This document shows, piece by piece, positions 16,309-25,445 of a stretch of 32,000 bases of DNA. Under the pieces are notes generated by a model, which saw only the letters and a program-made list of their open reading frames with translations, did not search any database and was not told the origin of the DNA. Numbering within the stretch: position 1 is the stretch's first letter; every line of letters starts with the position of its first letter. Source of the stretch: Caldimicrobium thiodismutans (GTDB taxonomy: Bacteria > Desulfobacterota > Thermodesulfobacteria > Thermodesulfobacteriales > Thermodesulfobacteriaceae); NCBI RefSeq assembly GCF_001548275.1, contig NZ_AP014945.1, positions 630,001 through 662,000 of the forward strand, given 5' to 3'. Made by a program: the position numbers and the translations under genes.

Positions 16309-19300
16309 ATACACCTTTTTCTTCCATAGTTACTCCAACTAAGTGATCAACCTCTTTCATCACATGAATATTATGGGTAATAAGAATAATTTGAGAATTT
16401 TCCTTAATTTTTTTCATTAACCTAATGAATTTAAGTGAATTTTTTTCATCAAGTGGAGCATCTACTTCATCAAGAATACAGAATGGTCCAGGCTTAGTTA
16501 GATAAAAAGCTATAAGAATAGAGATAACGCAAAGGGCTTTTTCTCCTCCTGAGAGCATGTGAAGGTGTTTAATGTTTTTGTAAGGGGATGAAAGTTTTAA
16601 CTCAAGACCTGCCTTTAAAGGGTCCTCTTCTGTTAAATACAGTTCAGCGGTAACTTTTTCCATAATTAAGGGAAAGATTTCTCTGAGCTTTTCATTTACG
16701 CTTTTAAGAGTAGCCAGAAGTTGCTTTTCAGCCCTGACTCTTAATTCTTTGAGTATTTTTTTGAGATGCTCTATGGCATTTTCTAAATCTTTTTTTTGGC
16801 TTAGGAGAGTATCATACCTCTCAGCTATTCTTTCAAATTCTTTTATACTTGTAAGATTTACCTCGGGAAAATTTTTTAATTCCCCTTTCAGTTCCTCAAG
16901 TTTTTTCTCTATTTCTTGAAGATTTAAAGGGTTAACCATATCTTTGAGTAGATCTTCCGGGTTAGCATCCTCACCTATAAGCTCCCTTAATTCTCTTTTT
17001 AGATTCTCAAGATTTAAATTTACTTCAGTTAAATCAAGCTCTAAACTATGTAAATTTTGTAAAAACTTCTCTTTTTCTTTTTCTATAATTTTCTTTTTGT
17101 TAAGTATATCTCTCAAAAAGGAATTTTTTTCCATCAAAAGATTTTCAGAGGAGGCTATTTGTTCTTCAAAAACCTTTAGGGTAGATTTTAATAGCTCTTT
17201 TTTCTTCCTTTCTTCATTGATTTTTTCTCTTAAATAATTGACCTCATTCAACAGAATCTCGTAATTATGTTTAGTGTTTTTTAAAAATCTATCAATTGAT
17301 TCTATTTCACTGATAATTTCATCTTTTCTTTTAAAGAGCTGTTCTTTTTCTGCTTTTATCTTTATAACTTTCTTTTCAGCTTCTGATATCTCACTTTCAA
17401 CACGATTTTTTTCGCCTTCAAAATTTTTTATTTCTTCTAAAAGCTCTTTTATTAATTTAGAGAGTTCGCTCTCATTTTGACTTATTCTATTTATCTTACC
17501 TTCAAGTTCTTTTTTTTCACCTTCAAGATGTTCTTTTCTTTTTAATAGAGTTTGAAGATTTTCTCTAATTCCTTTAAGATTTTCTTCCAGACGAATTCTT
17601 TTTTGTTCAAATTGAGAAAGAGTTATATTTATCTTTTTTATCTCCTCGTCTTTTTCTATTTTTTTCTTTTCTTTATCAAATAATATCTTTTCTATTTTAT
17701 TAAGTTCTTCTTTAATAAATAATTCACTCTCATTTAGTTGTGTTAATTTTTCATCAATTGCCACTAAATTTTTTTCAAAAAGTTCCTTTTCCCTTTTAAG
17801 ACTGAAGTAACCTTTTTTTGTGTCTTTAAGATAAAGGATAAAGCCCTGTGGGGAGATGAGAAGCTTTTTATCTTTAAGAAAAACAAAGTCTTCTGGTATA
17901 GATTCAGAGGTATAATATTTAGATTCCAATTTTTTTAAGCCAAAAGGAATAGAAGATAGAGCGGATTCCTTTACAAAGATGAGATTTCCCTTTTCTTTTT
18001 CAATTATTGAGTTTATTTCTTCTATATCATTAATGATAATAGCTTTCAATAGATCTCCATAATAATTTTCAAGGATAGCAAGGTCTTCAAGTGGATGTTT
18101 GAGATAATTTCCTATGGTTTTTTCTAAAAGTTTAGAATTAAAATTCCTTTCTTCACTATTTAAGATTTGAGAAAGAAGTCTAATTTTTTCTTCTGTAGTC
18201 TTTTTTTCTGAAATTAACTCCCTTTTTTTCTCTTGAACTTCCTTCAACTTTGCTTTGAGTGCATCTGAAGAATTTTTTAGAGAAACTATTTCCCTTTCTA
18301 AGTCCTCTCTTTCTCTGGTTTTTTGGAGGACAATTTTTTCTAAAAGTTCTTTTTCTTCTAAAAGTTTGTTTTGAGAGTCTTCTATCTCTTGTGCCTCCCC
18401 CTCTTTTAGAGCAAGCTCTTTATGTATAAAGCTTAACTCTCTTTCTAAGAAATCTTTTTTTTCTCTAAAGCGAATGCCTTCTTTTTTTATTGCATCATAT
18501 TCTTGATTAAGTTTCTGTTTTTTCTTTTGTTTTTCCGATAATTCTTTTAAAAGTTTATCTCTTTTAGCTTTTAAATCTCTTAGTATTATTTCAAAATTTT
18601 CTGCTTTTTCTTTCTTTGTCTCAAGCTCCTTTTTAATTAGTTCTATTTGTTGCAAAAGTAAGTTTTTTCTCTGAATTTCTGTAGATTCTTTGATCTTTTC
18701 CTGTTCAAGTTTTTGTGTAATTTTACTTTCTTCTTTATAAAATCCACTCAATTTTTCTTCAATCTTTTTGAGTTCTTCTTCTTTTTCAACCTTATCTTTT
18801 TTTAAATCCTTAGATTGTCTCTCCAAGTTTAATATCTCTTTGTAAACTTCTCTTTCTTCATCTTCTATTCTTTCTAAGGACTTCTCTAATGAAATTTTTT
18901 TCAATTTTACTTCATTAATTTTTTCTAAAATATTTCTTTTTTTCTCAAGAGCTTGTTTATAAAGCAAACCTAAATGTATAAGAGAATATTTCTTTAAATC
19001 TTCTTTAAGGGTTAAATATTTTCTGGCAGTTTCAGCCTGCTCTTTCAGATGATAATACTGGCTTTCAACTTCTTTGAGTATGTCTGTTAAGCGTATGAGA
19101 TTTTGTTCTGTTTGAAATATATTTTTTTCTGTTTCCTCTTCAGTGACCTTAAGTTTGGTTATTCCTGCCAAATCTTCAAGAAATCTCTTCCTCTCTTTGG
19201 GGGAGATCTCTAAAAATTTATTTATTTCTCCTTGATCAATGATTCCATAGCTTTGAGGATTAACTCCTAAGTCTAAAAAGAGAAAATGTATGTCCTTGAG

Positions 19301-19663
19301 CCTGCAAGCCCGATTGTTTATAAAAAACTCTCCCTCTCCATCACGGTAAAATCTTCTAATAATTACAATTTCTTCTAAATCTTTATATTTTTCAAAGATT
19401 GGAGGCTCGTGAGAAAGGACTAATTTTACTTCAGCAAAGTCAATTTTTTTATCAGAATTACCTGAAAATATTAAATCGTTGAGATCCTTTACTCTTAATC
19501 TTTTTGGACTCTGTTCACCAAGAACCCATTTAATTGCATCTAAAATATTGCTTTTACCAGACCCATTTGGACCAACAATAGCAGTAATACCCTTTGAAAG
19601 GGGTAGCACTACTTTGTAGGGAAAGGATTTAAATCCGTAAATTTCAAGTCTTTTGATATGCAA
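16277..19663 (-). CDS. smc: chromosome segregation protein SMC
   Basis: 1128 aa. N-terminal Walker A (LEIYGFKSF...GPNGSGKSNILDAI) and long K/E-rich coiled coils flanking a hinge. C-terminal signature and Walker B (LSGGEKALCVISILIAF...FCILDEVDAPLD). Apparent TTG start. Confidence 0.96.
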   Translation of the reverse strand: MHIKRLEIYGFKSFPYKVVLPLSKGITAIVGPNGSGKSNILDAIKWVLGEQSPKRLRVKDLNDLIFSGNSDKKIDFAEVKLVLSHEPPIFEKYKDLEEIVIIRRFYRDGEGEFFINNRACRLKDIHFLFLDLGVNPQSYGIIDQGEINKFLEISPKERKRFLEDLAGITKLKVTEEETEKNIFQTEQNLIRLTDILKEVESQYYHLKEQAETARKYLTLKEDLKKYSLIHLGLLYKQALEKKRNILEKINEVKLKKISLEKSLERIEDEEREVYKEILNLERQSKDLKKDKVEKEEELKKIEEKLSGFYKEESKITQKLEQEKIKESTEIQRKNLLLQQIELIKKELETKKEKAENFEIILRDLKAKRDKLLKELSEKQKKKQKLNQEYDAIKKEGIRFREKKDFLERELSFIHKELALKEGEAQEIEDSQNKLLEEKELLEKIVLQKTREREDLEREIVSLKNSSDALKAKLKEVQEKKRELISEKKTTEEKIRLLSQILNSEERNFNSKLLEKTIGNYLKHPLEDLAILENYYGDLLKAIIINDIEEINSIIEKEKGNLIFVKESALSSIPFGLKKLESKYYTSESIPEDFVFLKDKKLLISPQGFILYLKDTKKGYFSLKREKELFEKNLVAIDEKLTQLNESELFIKEELNKIEKILFDKEKKKIEKDEEIKKINITLSQFEQKRIRLEENLKGIRENLQTLLKRKEHLEGEKKELEGKINRISQNESELSKLIKELLEEIKNFEGEKNRVESEISEAEKKVIKIKAEKEQLFKRKDEIISEIESIDRFLKNTKHNYEILLNEVNYLREKINEERKKKELLKSTLKVFEEQIASSENLLMEKNSFLRDILNKKKIIEKEKEKFLQNLHSLELDLTEVNLNLENLKRELRELIGEDANPEDLLKDMVNPLNLQEIEKKLEELKGELKNFPEVNLTSIKEFERIAERYDTLLSQKKDLENAIEHLKKILKELRVRAEKQLLATLKSVNEKLREIFPLIMEKVTAELYLTEEDPLKAGLELKLSSPYKNIKHLHMLSGGEKALCVISILIAFYLTKPGPFCILDEVDAPLDEKNSLKFIRLMKKIKENSQIILITHNIHVMKEVDHLVGVTMEEKGVSKLVKLNVKD

Positions 19664-19723
19664 GGTTGTTACAAAGCTGACTTTTTCTTAAATATAACAG
19701 ACAAAAACAAAAAAGGGAGGGGG

Positions 19724-20386
19724 TTATGCCTGTTCTTTCATAAGGAGATATTCCTTGATTTCATGGATTAGCAAAGCAGGGGTTTTCAGAGGATAATGGA
19801 GAGAACTCAGAATTTCTTCAATGGGATTACCTTTAATACTTAACCCGGCTAATCTTTCTTTAAGGTCCTCTTTAGAGAAAATTGGATACTTTATGCCTTT
19901 TGTTCTTTTTAGTATTTGATAGGCCCAGGGGACATCTAAAGCTTTAGCAACTTCAGAGGCAACCAGACTGCAATAATAGAGAAGAGTCTGGGCTTCATGC
20001 CCTTCTTTTATCTCTTTATAAGCTAATTTAGCAATCCCTCCCGCAGTGTGAACCTTAAGATCCTTGGTTTCTTCAGAGGCTAACTCTTCAAGAGATTTAA
20101 TCTTCTGCAGGGCAAGTTCAGGATCTGCCCTTAAAATATTTTTAACTGTATTTTTTGTCAGCCCAATTTTTTGAGCAATCTCCTCATCACTTTTCATGTA
20201 TTCCTCTTTAAGCACCACTGCTGATGCAGCTCTGGCTAAGGATGGAAGCCAGGTAAGAGTTCTAAATTCAGCTAATTTACTCAAGCCCCCCAGCAGTTCT
20301 ATAGCCTTAAAAAAGACCCTGGTAACCATCTGCTCTATTTCCTGTTCATATACTGGTGGTGCTTCAAGTCTGATTACCATTTTCAA
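19724..20386 (-). CDS. HTH-containing putative regulatory protein, partner of the KaiC-like ATPase
   Basis: 220 aa. Strong RBS (AAAGGGGGG, 6 nt before the ATG). Helix-turn-helix-like segment SDEEIAQKIGLTKNTVKNILRAD. Starts 12 nt after the KaiC-like gene. Resembles, from memory, the 'probable regulatory domain found next to KaiC homologs' family of thermophiles and archaea. Confidence 0.7.
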   Translation of the reverse strand: MKMVIRLEAPPVYEQEIEQMVTRVFFKAIELLGGLSKLAEFRTLTWLPSLARAASAVVLKEEYMKSDEEIAQKIGLTKNTVKNILRADPELALQKIKSLEELASEETKDLKVHTAGGIAKLAYKEIKEGHEAQTLLYYCSLVASEVAKALDVPWAYQILKRTKGIKYPIFSKEDLKERLAGLSIKGNPIEEILSSLHYPLKTPALLIHEIKEYLLMKEQA

Positions 20387-20398
20387 CCCCCCTTTTGA

Positions 20399-21307
20399 TT
20401 ATTTTTGTCCTCCCACTGGATCTTTAATAACAACTAAACCTGTTTCAAGTATCTCCAGAAAATGTGTCTTGGTATCGTGACCGCACATTCTACAGCCATC
20501 AATTCTAAAAAGCCTAACGATTTGTCCCATCTCTTTACGATAAAGTTTGGCCTTATATGGGGAATCAATAAGTTCCTTGGCAAGAACCATGGTGCCGTCA
20601 ACAATATGTCCCACAGCATAACCACCAGCAGCTTCAGCGGTAAGCTCTTCATGGCCACTCCTTTTCTGAGATACCAGAAGGGCAGTTTGATAAAATTTTT
20701 TTAAAAAGTTAAAAAGCCTTCGCACAATAGCCCGGGCTAACATCTCTTTGGTTTCAAATAGCCCAGTTACTGAGTCAATAATAGTAAACTTTACCCCAAA
20801 TTGCTGAATGGCATATGATAAAGTAGCCAGCAAATCTGGTAAATTATCTCTTAATCTACTTGAGCTTGCTGCATCAATCAGAATAATATTGTCCTCAAAG
20901 TTATGAAAATTAAGCCCCATAGCCTCTGCTCTTAATTTAAGGGAGATTGCAACAAAATTGGCAGGAGCTTCAACTGTTACAAAGGCTACTTTTTCTCCAA
21001 GGCTGGCCTGTTTTACTGCAAATTGTTCCACCATAAGAGATTTACCAGTATCAGAGATCCCGGTTATATTAAAAACCGAATAAGCTGGAATACCCCCCAG
21101 TGGTTTTTTAACAATATTACCCTTTTCAGAGGTTACTAAGAAAAAGAGCTCATCTAAGCCATTAATACCTGTAGGGACTCCGTAAATCTGAGGAGCTTTG
21201 GCTAAGGCCTGCCCACCTTTAAATATAGCTTTTAAATCGGGTTCACCAAACCCTGAAAGCTTTTCCCTTTCTTCTGAATAATATTCACTTTTACTTATCT
21301 TGTTCAT
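20399..21307 (-). CDS. KaiC-like / RecA-superfamily ATPase (single domain)
   Basis: 302 aa. Motifs VPTGINGLDELF, Walker A GISDTGKS, Walker B-like KFTIIDSV and LLVSQKRSG. Near the C-terminus there is CRMCGHDTKTH. The architecture matches single-domain archaeal/thermophile KaiC homologs. Confidence 0.85.
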   Translation of the reverse strand: MNKISKSEYYSEEREKLSGFGEPDLKAIFKGGQALAKAPQIYGVPTGINGLDELFFLVTSEKGNIVKKPLGGIPAYSVFNITGISDTGKSLMVEQFAVKQASLGEKVAFVTVEAPANFVAISLKLRAEAMGLNFHNFEDNIILIDAASSSRLRDNLPDLLATLSYAIQQFGVKFTIIDSVTGLFETKEMLARAIVRRLFNFLKKFYQTALLVSQKRSGHEELTAEAAGGYAVGHIVDGTMVLAKELIDSPYKAKLYRKEMGQIVRLFRIDGCRMCGHDTKTHFLEILETGLVVIKDPVGGQK

Positions 21308-21386
21308 CTCTTATGACCTTACAAAGGTTTTTGTGTTTTTATTAATATTTTTAAACATTTTTTGGTATAATTCAAGACTTTTTAAC

Positions 21387-21414
21387 TTGTTAATTTTAAG
21401 AAACATGATAAAAT
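21387..21414 (+). promoter_or_regulatory. candidate sigma-70 promoter for resB
   Basis: TTGTTA (21387-21392), a 16-nt spacer, then TAAAAT (21409-21414), followed by an AGGAGG RBS and the ATG at 21442. An extended -10-like TGGTATAAT also occurs at 21363-21371 in the same divergent intergenic region. Confidence 0.4.
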
Positions 21415-21441
21415 GAAAAGTTAAATCTCAGGAGGTTAAGT

Positions 21442-22743
21442 ATGAAAAGAATCTTAGATGAGCTGGCATCTGCCAGATTAGCAATTGTTTTATTCTTTGT
21501 CCTTGCAGGTATTTCTATCTTAGGGACCATTATTCCACAGGGGCAACCTCATGAATTTTATCTCACCAAGTATGGTCAGGGCCTGGGTAAATTAATCCTT
21601 TTTTTTCAAATTCAAGATGCCTATCACTCATGGTGGTATATATCTGCTCTTTTTTTATTTTTGGCTAATCTAATTGCCTGTTCATTAAAGAGATTACCCT
21701 TTACTCTTAAGCTTTATAAAAGAGATCCTGCTGAAGTTAATCCTGAAAATTTACCGAACAAAGTGGTAGTTAATTTAAATGGAGATATCGGGCGCATAAA
21801 GGCCTATCTTCAAGATGTCCTTGCTTTAAAGAGTGTAAATAAAACTTTTGAAAAGGGGGAGCTTTTTTACAAGACCCAGAATAGATTTTCTTTTTTTTCC
21901 GTATATGTGGTCCACTTCTCCCTTGTTATTGTTATTATCGGAGCTTTAATAGGTGCCTTTTTTGGTTGGAGAGGCAATATGAATATTCTTGAGGGAGAAA
22001 CCTCAAATATTGTTCAACCCTTTAGAAAAAAAGATCCTGTTCAGCTTGATTTTTCTCTTAAACTTAACAAATTCATTCTTGAGACCTATCCCAATGGAAT
22101 GCCCAAGGAATATATTTCTAATGTGACCGTCCTTGATGGAAATACAACTCAATCTGCAATTATTAAGGTGAATCAACCTTTTAAGTATAAGGATGTAACT
22201 TTTTATCAGGCAAGTTACAATGTGATTCCAGAGTTTAAGGTAAAGGTTAATTTTAACGGGAAAATTGAGGAAAAGATTCTTTCACCCTTTAATCCTCTTA
22301 TGCTTAAGGAGCGCTATTCTATCGCCCTACGAGACTATGGAGAGGCTCACGGGTTTATTTATTTAAGGCTCTGGATCCTTGATGAGGAGGAAGGGCAGAC
22401 CAGAGAAGGGATGATAATTAGTGGATTTCCTCCCTTAGAGGTATCTTTTTCAAAAGATAAATTTTCTATTGAGTATGAGGATGTTGCTAAATTAAATTAT
22501 ATGACTGGTCTTCAGGCCAAAAGAGATCCCGGTAACTGGGTAGTTTATCTTGGATTTATTCTAATGATGTTTGGTCTCTTTTTGGTTTATTATTTTGACC
22601 CTAAAACCGTCTGGGCCTATCTTAAACAAGAGGAGGGTGGCCTTAAACTGATTTTAGGAGCCTATGCTAAAAGAGAACGCGAATCTTTACGGAATAGATT
22701 AACTGAGATTGCTGAGAAGATTAAAAAGGAGCTTTCTAAATAG
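21442..22743 (+). CDS. resB: cytochrome c biogenesis protein ResB/Ccs1 (System II)
   Basis: 433 aa. N-terminus LASARLAIVLFFVLAGISILGTIIPQG, and a second TM segment with a histidine after it (YHSWWYISALFLF). Large central soluble loop and a C-terminal TM. Typical ResB topology and motifs. Confidence 0.88.
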   Translation: MKRILDELASARLAIVLFFVLAGISILGTIIPQGQPHEFYLTKYGQGLGKLILFFQIQDAYHSWWYISALFLFLANLIACSLKRLPFTLKLYKRDPAEVNPENLPNKVVVNLNGDIGRIKAYLQDVLALKSVNKTFEKGELFYKTQNRFSFFSVYVVHFSLVIVIIGALIGAFFGWRGNMNILEGETSNIVQPFRKKDPVQLDFSLKLNKFILETYPNGMPKEYISNVTVLDGNTTQSAIIKVNQPFKYKDVTFYQASYNVIPEFKVKVNFNGKIEEKILSPFNPLMLKERYSIALRDYGEAHGFIYLRLWILDEEEGQTREGMIISGFPPLEVSFSKDKFSIEYEDVAKLNYMTGLQAKRDPGNWVVYLGFILMMFGLFLVYYFDPKTVWAYLKQEEGGLKLILGAYAKRERESLRNRLTEIAEKIKKELSK

Positions 22744-22746
22744 GCT

Positions 22747-23649
22747 TTACTTTTTCTCAGTATCAGGTTCAAGGTGAATAGTTACCGATATCTCGGGATG
22801 GGTAGTCTTGATCTGTCTTTCAATCTCATCGCAGAGATCGTGTGCCTCTTGAACTGAAATTTTTCCTGGCACAGTTAAGTGAAACTCTACAAAACCACTT
22901 CTTCCCGCTTTTCTACTTTTAAAGTCGTGAATCTCTGCCTCGTGGATAGAACTTTTATGAATAGTGCTCTCAATAATCTTATGGATATCTCTGATTTTTT
23001 CTTGACAGAGACTGACATCCAGAAGAGAGTTTATTGCATCTTTTAAGATCTTGTAGCCCAGATATAGAATATTTAAACTTACCAATATGGCAAGAATAGG
23101 ATCAAGATACCAGAAGTTAAGTAATTTGGCTAAAAGGATACCTATCAGAATTCCAACGGTTGTGAGGACATCAGTAAAAAGATGGGTGGCATGGGAAATA
23201 AGAATAGGAGAGGCCTCCTTTTTGCCTTGTTTATATATTTTTAAAGAGAGAAGTCCGTTTAGAAGCAAGCTTAGGGTAATAAGAATAAGACCAATACCGA
23301 GAGTTTCAGGAGCTTCGGGTTTAAATAGCCTCTGATAGGCCTTCCAGAAGATGGTAATTGAGGCAAAAATAATAAACAGACTCTCTAATAGAGCAACTAA
23401 ATATTCTATCTTTGTATGGCCATAAGGGTGTTCCCTGTCTGAGGGTTTTATTGCAATTTTTGTTCCTATCATGGCAAAGAAAGCGGAGAAAATATTTATA
23501 ATCGATTCCATAGCATCGGAATAGATAGCCACAGAACCTGTCACAGAATAGGCCAGAAATTTAAGGACACAAATAAAAAAACTTGTCCCAAGGCTTAGCC
23601 AGGTCAATTTAAGGGCTTTGGAATCGTTAAAAAGCTCTTGTATTTCCAT
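22747..23649 (-). CDS. cation diffusion facilitator family transporter
   Basis: The track ORF extends to 23757 and would overlap the ABC permease by about 100 nt. It is trimmed to the internal ATG (MEIQELFNDS..., 23647-23649), one nt after the permease stop. CDF motifs: AIYSDAMESIINI, HPYGHTKIEY, HLFTDVLT, and a C-terminal cytoplasmic domain ending HLEP. Confidence 0.88.
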   Translation of the reverse strand: MEIQELFNDSKALKLTWLSLGTSFFICVLKFLAYSVTGSVAIYSDAMESIINIFSAFFAMIGTKIAIKPSDREHPYGHTKIEYLVALLESLFIIFASITIFWKAYQRLFKPEAPETLGIGLILITLSLLLNGLLSLKIYKQGKKEASPILISHATHLFTDVLTTVGILIGILLAKLLNFWYLDPILAILVSLNILYLGYKILKDAINSLLDVSLCQEKIRDIHKIIESTIHKSSIHEAEIHDFKSRKAGRSGFVEFHLTVPGKISVQEAHDLCDEIERQIKTTHPEISVTIHLEPDTEKK

Positions 23650-23650
23650 T

Positions 23651-24388
23651 TTAGTCTTTTGCCCTCTGTATAGTATAAATTGAAAGGACAAAAAATACAA
23701 GGGCGAGTATGCAAAGGATGAGGATATCTTTGATCTGTGCACCTTGACCCCAGGCAAGACTTCTTAAATTATGGGAGACTAGAGTTAAAGGTAGGATTTC
23801 AATAATTGGTTTTATGAATCCTGGTAGATTTTCGACGGGAAAAAAGGTGCCTCCAAGAAACATCATGGGGGTGATGATGAAGTTTGTAATTAAGGTTTGG
23901 TCTGCGTGGGCTTTGATTGTCATAGCAGATGCAAGCCCAAGAGAAGCAAAAATAAAGGCGTTTAAAAAAACTATCATAAAAAAGAGGGGATTTAACTGAA
24001 TCTTTACACCTCCAAAGAGCTGAGCCAAAAGAAGAATGAGAATAACTGAAAGAAAAGCCCGGGTTACCCCTGAAAAAACCTCTCCCAGAGCATAACTTAA
24101 AGAAGAAAGAGGGGCACTCTGAAACTCCTCAAAGACCTTGAGATAAAATCTTGCTACATTGATTTCCACATTTATAGCGAAGGCCTGTAACATGCTGCTT
24201 GCTGAAATCAGACCAGGAATTAAAAATTCAAGGTAAGACCTACCCTGAAGGAAAATTCCCTTTCCAAGCCCTATACCAAAGGCCATAATATAAAGTAGAG
24301 GATTAATGGAAAAAGATAAAAGAACCCTGAAAAAACGCTTTTTAAGAAGCAGAATTTCCCTGAGATAAATGGCTAAAAAACCCTTCAT
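23651..24388 (-). CDS. ABC-2 type transporter permease
   Basis: 245 aa with six predicted hydrophobic segments. 4-nt overlap with the upstream ATPase gene. ABC-2/DrrB-like organisation. Confidence 0.85.
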   Translation of the reverse strand: MKGFLAIYLREILLLKKRFFRVLLSFSINPLLYIMAFGIGLGKGIFLQGRSYLEFLIPGLISASSMLQAFAINVEINVARFYLKVFEEFQSAPLSSLSYALGEVFSGVTRAFLSVILILLLAQLFGGVKIQLNPLFFMIVFLNAFIFASLGLASAMTIKAHADQTLITNFIITPMMFLGGTFFPVENLPGFIKPIIEILPLTLVSHNLRSLAWGQGAQIKDILILCILALVFFVLSIYTIQRAKD

Positions 24389-25242
24389 ATCCCTTCTTTC
24401 TCCGTAAGTTTTACAAAGACATCTTCTAAGGTTATTTTTCGCATACTTACAAAATTATTTCTCTCCGAATATTGGAGAAAACCGGATTCAGCGGTTTTTT
24501 TATCTTTAAAATAATAGGTTATAAGTCCCTTTTCAGAAAAAACATCCAGAGCTACCTCTCCTAAGCCTTTGATAAAGTTAACGGGAGTATCAATCTCTAT
24601 AATTTTTCCCTGGGATATAAAGGCAACCCTATCGGATAAAACCTCTGCCTCTTCCATATAATGAGTGGTAAGTAAGATAGTAGTTCCTTGACCTTGAATT
24701 TGCTTTATAAAGCTCCAGATTTTTCTGCGTATACTTGGATCAAGACCAACTGTGGGTTCATCAAGAAGGAGTATTTCAGGGGAATGCAAAAGGGCTCTAA
24801 TTATAAGAAGTCTTCTTCTTAAACCTCCAGAAAGTTCCTTGACCCTGGATTTTTTTCTATCCTTAAGTCCTGCAAGTTCAAGAAGTTCATCTGTCTTTTT
24901 ACGAATTGCAGAAAACTCCATTTTAAAAAGAAGCCCATGAATTAATAGATTTTCCTCACAGCTTAGCTCAAGATCAAGATTTATTTGTTGAGGAACAAGC
25001 CCTATTTTTGTTTTGGCCCAGAGGTGATTTCCATTAAGAGATTTACCAAAGATTTTTATTTCTCCAGAAGAGGGGGTAGTAAGTCCTGCAAGAATTCTAA
25101 GGGTAGTTGTTTTCCCTGCACCATTTGGACCGAGAAGGGAAAAGAGCTCACCCTTTTGAAGGTTAAAGGAAATTCCCTTTAAGGCCTCTCTTTCTCCATA
25201 AGATTTTCTTAAATTTATAACCTCAAGGACATTAATAATCAT
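24385..25242 (-). CDS. ABC transporter ATP-binding protein (ABC-2/DrrA-like)
   Basis: 285 aa. Walker A GPNGAGKTT, Q-loop, signature LSGGLRRRL, Walker B ILLLDEPTVGLD and H-loop TTHYMEE. Confidence 0.92.
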   Translation of the reverse strand: MIINVLEVINLRKSYGEREALKGISFNLQKGELFSLLGPNGAGKTTTLRILAGLTTPSSGEIKIFGKSLNGNHLWAKTKIGLVPQQINLDLELSCEENLLIHGLLFKMEFSAIRKKTDELLELAGLKDRKKSRVKELSGGLRRRLLIIRALLHSPEILLLDEPTVGLDPSIRRKIWSFIKQIQGQGTTILLTTHYMEEAEVLSDRVAFISQGKIIEIDTPVNFIKGLGEVALDVFSEKGLITYYFKDKKTAESGFLQYSERNNFVSMRKITLEDVFVKLTEKEGI

Positions 25243-25445
25243 AGTAATGCTTATAAATATAATCTCATCTTCTCAGGAATCAATTAGATGTATGGTCCAT
25301 ATCTTATGAGACTCAAATCTGCCTCTTTTGGCAGATAAAGAGTTTTATTTCATAGTGTCACTCTGGATAATTGATCAGGGATAATTTTTAAGAGACATTT
25401 TTTTTCTACTTGGAATTATCTGAGAGTGATTTAAATTTGAAGTTG

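Noticed and set aside
16944-17480. Plus-strand ORFs inside smc (16944-17237, 17274-17480) and similar antisense ORFs inside other genes (e.g. 4202-4499, 7032-7304, 13527-13977, 20196-20704).
   Set aside because: They give low-complexity S/F/L/K-rich translations, as expected from the reverse complement of K/E-rich coding sequence. They have no motifs or RBS and lie fully within well-supported genes.
23650-23757. Upstream 36 codons of the CDF transporter ORF (MPGVKVHRSKISSS...).
   Set aside because: They would overlap the ABC-2 permease 3' end by about 100 nt and look non-protein-like. The internal Met at 23649 starts right after the permease stop and gives a normal CDF N-terminus.
25317-25336. 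Perfect 7-bp hairpin ATCTGCC-tctttt-GGCAGAT in the ABC-operon/uvrC intergenic region, considered as an intrinsic terminator.
   Set aside because: No gene ends upstream of it on either strand, because both flanking genes diverge from this region. It also lacks a proper T-tract. It may be regulatory, but I cannot support a call.
25410-25445. TTG start at 25410 for uvrC, as given in the ORF track.
   Set aside because: There is no RBS, and it adds 12 residues before the usual N-terminus. ATG 25446 gives canonical spacing to GIY-YIG. It is kept as an alternative because neither start has a strong Shine-Dalgarno.
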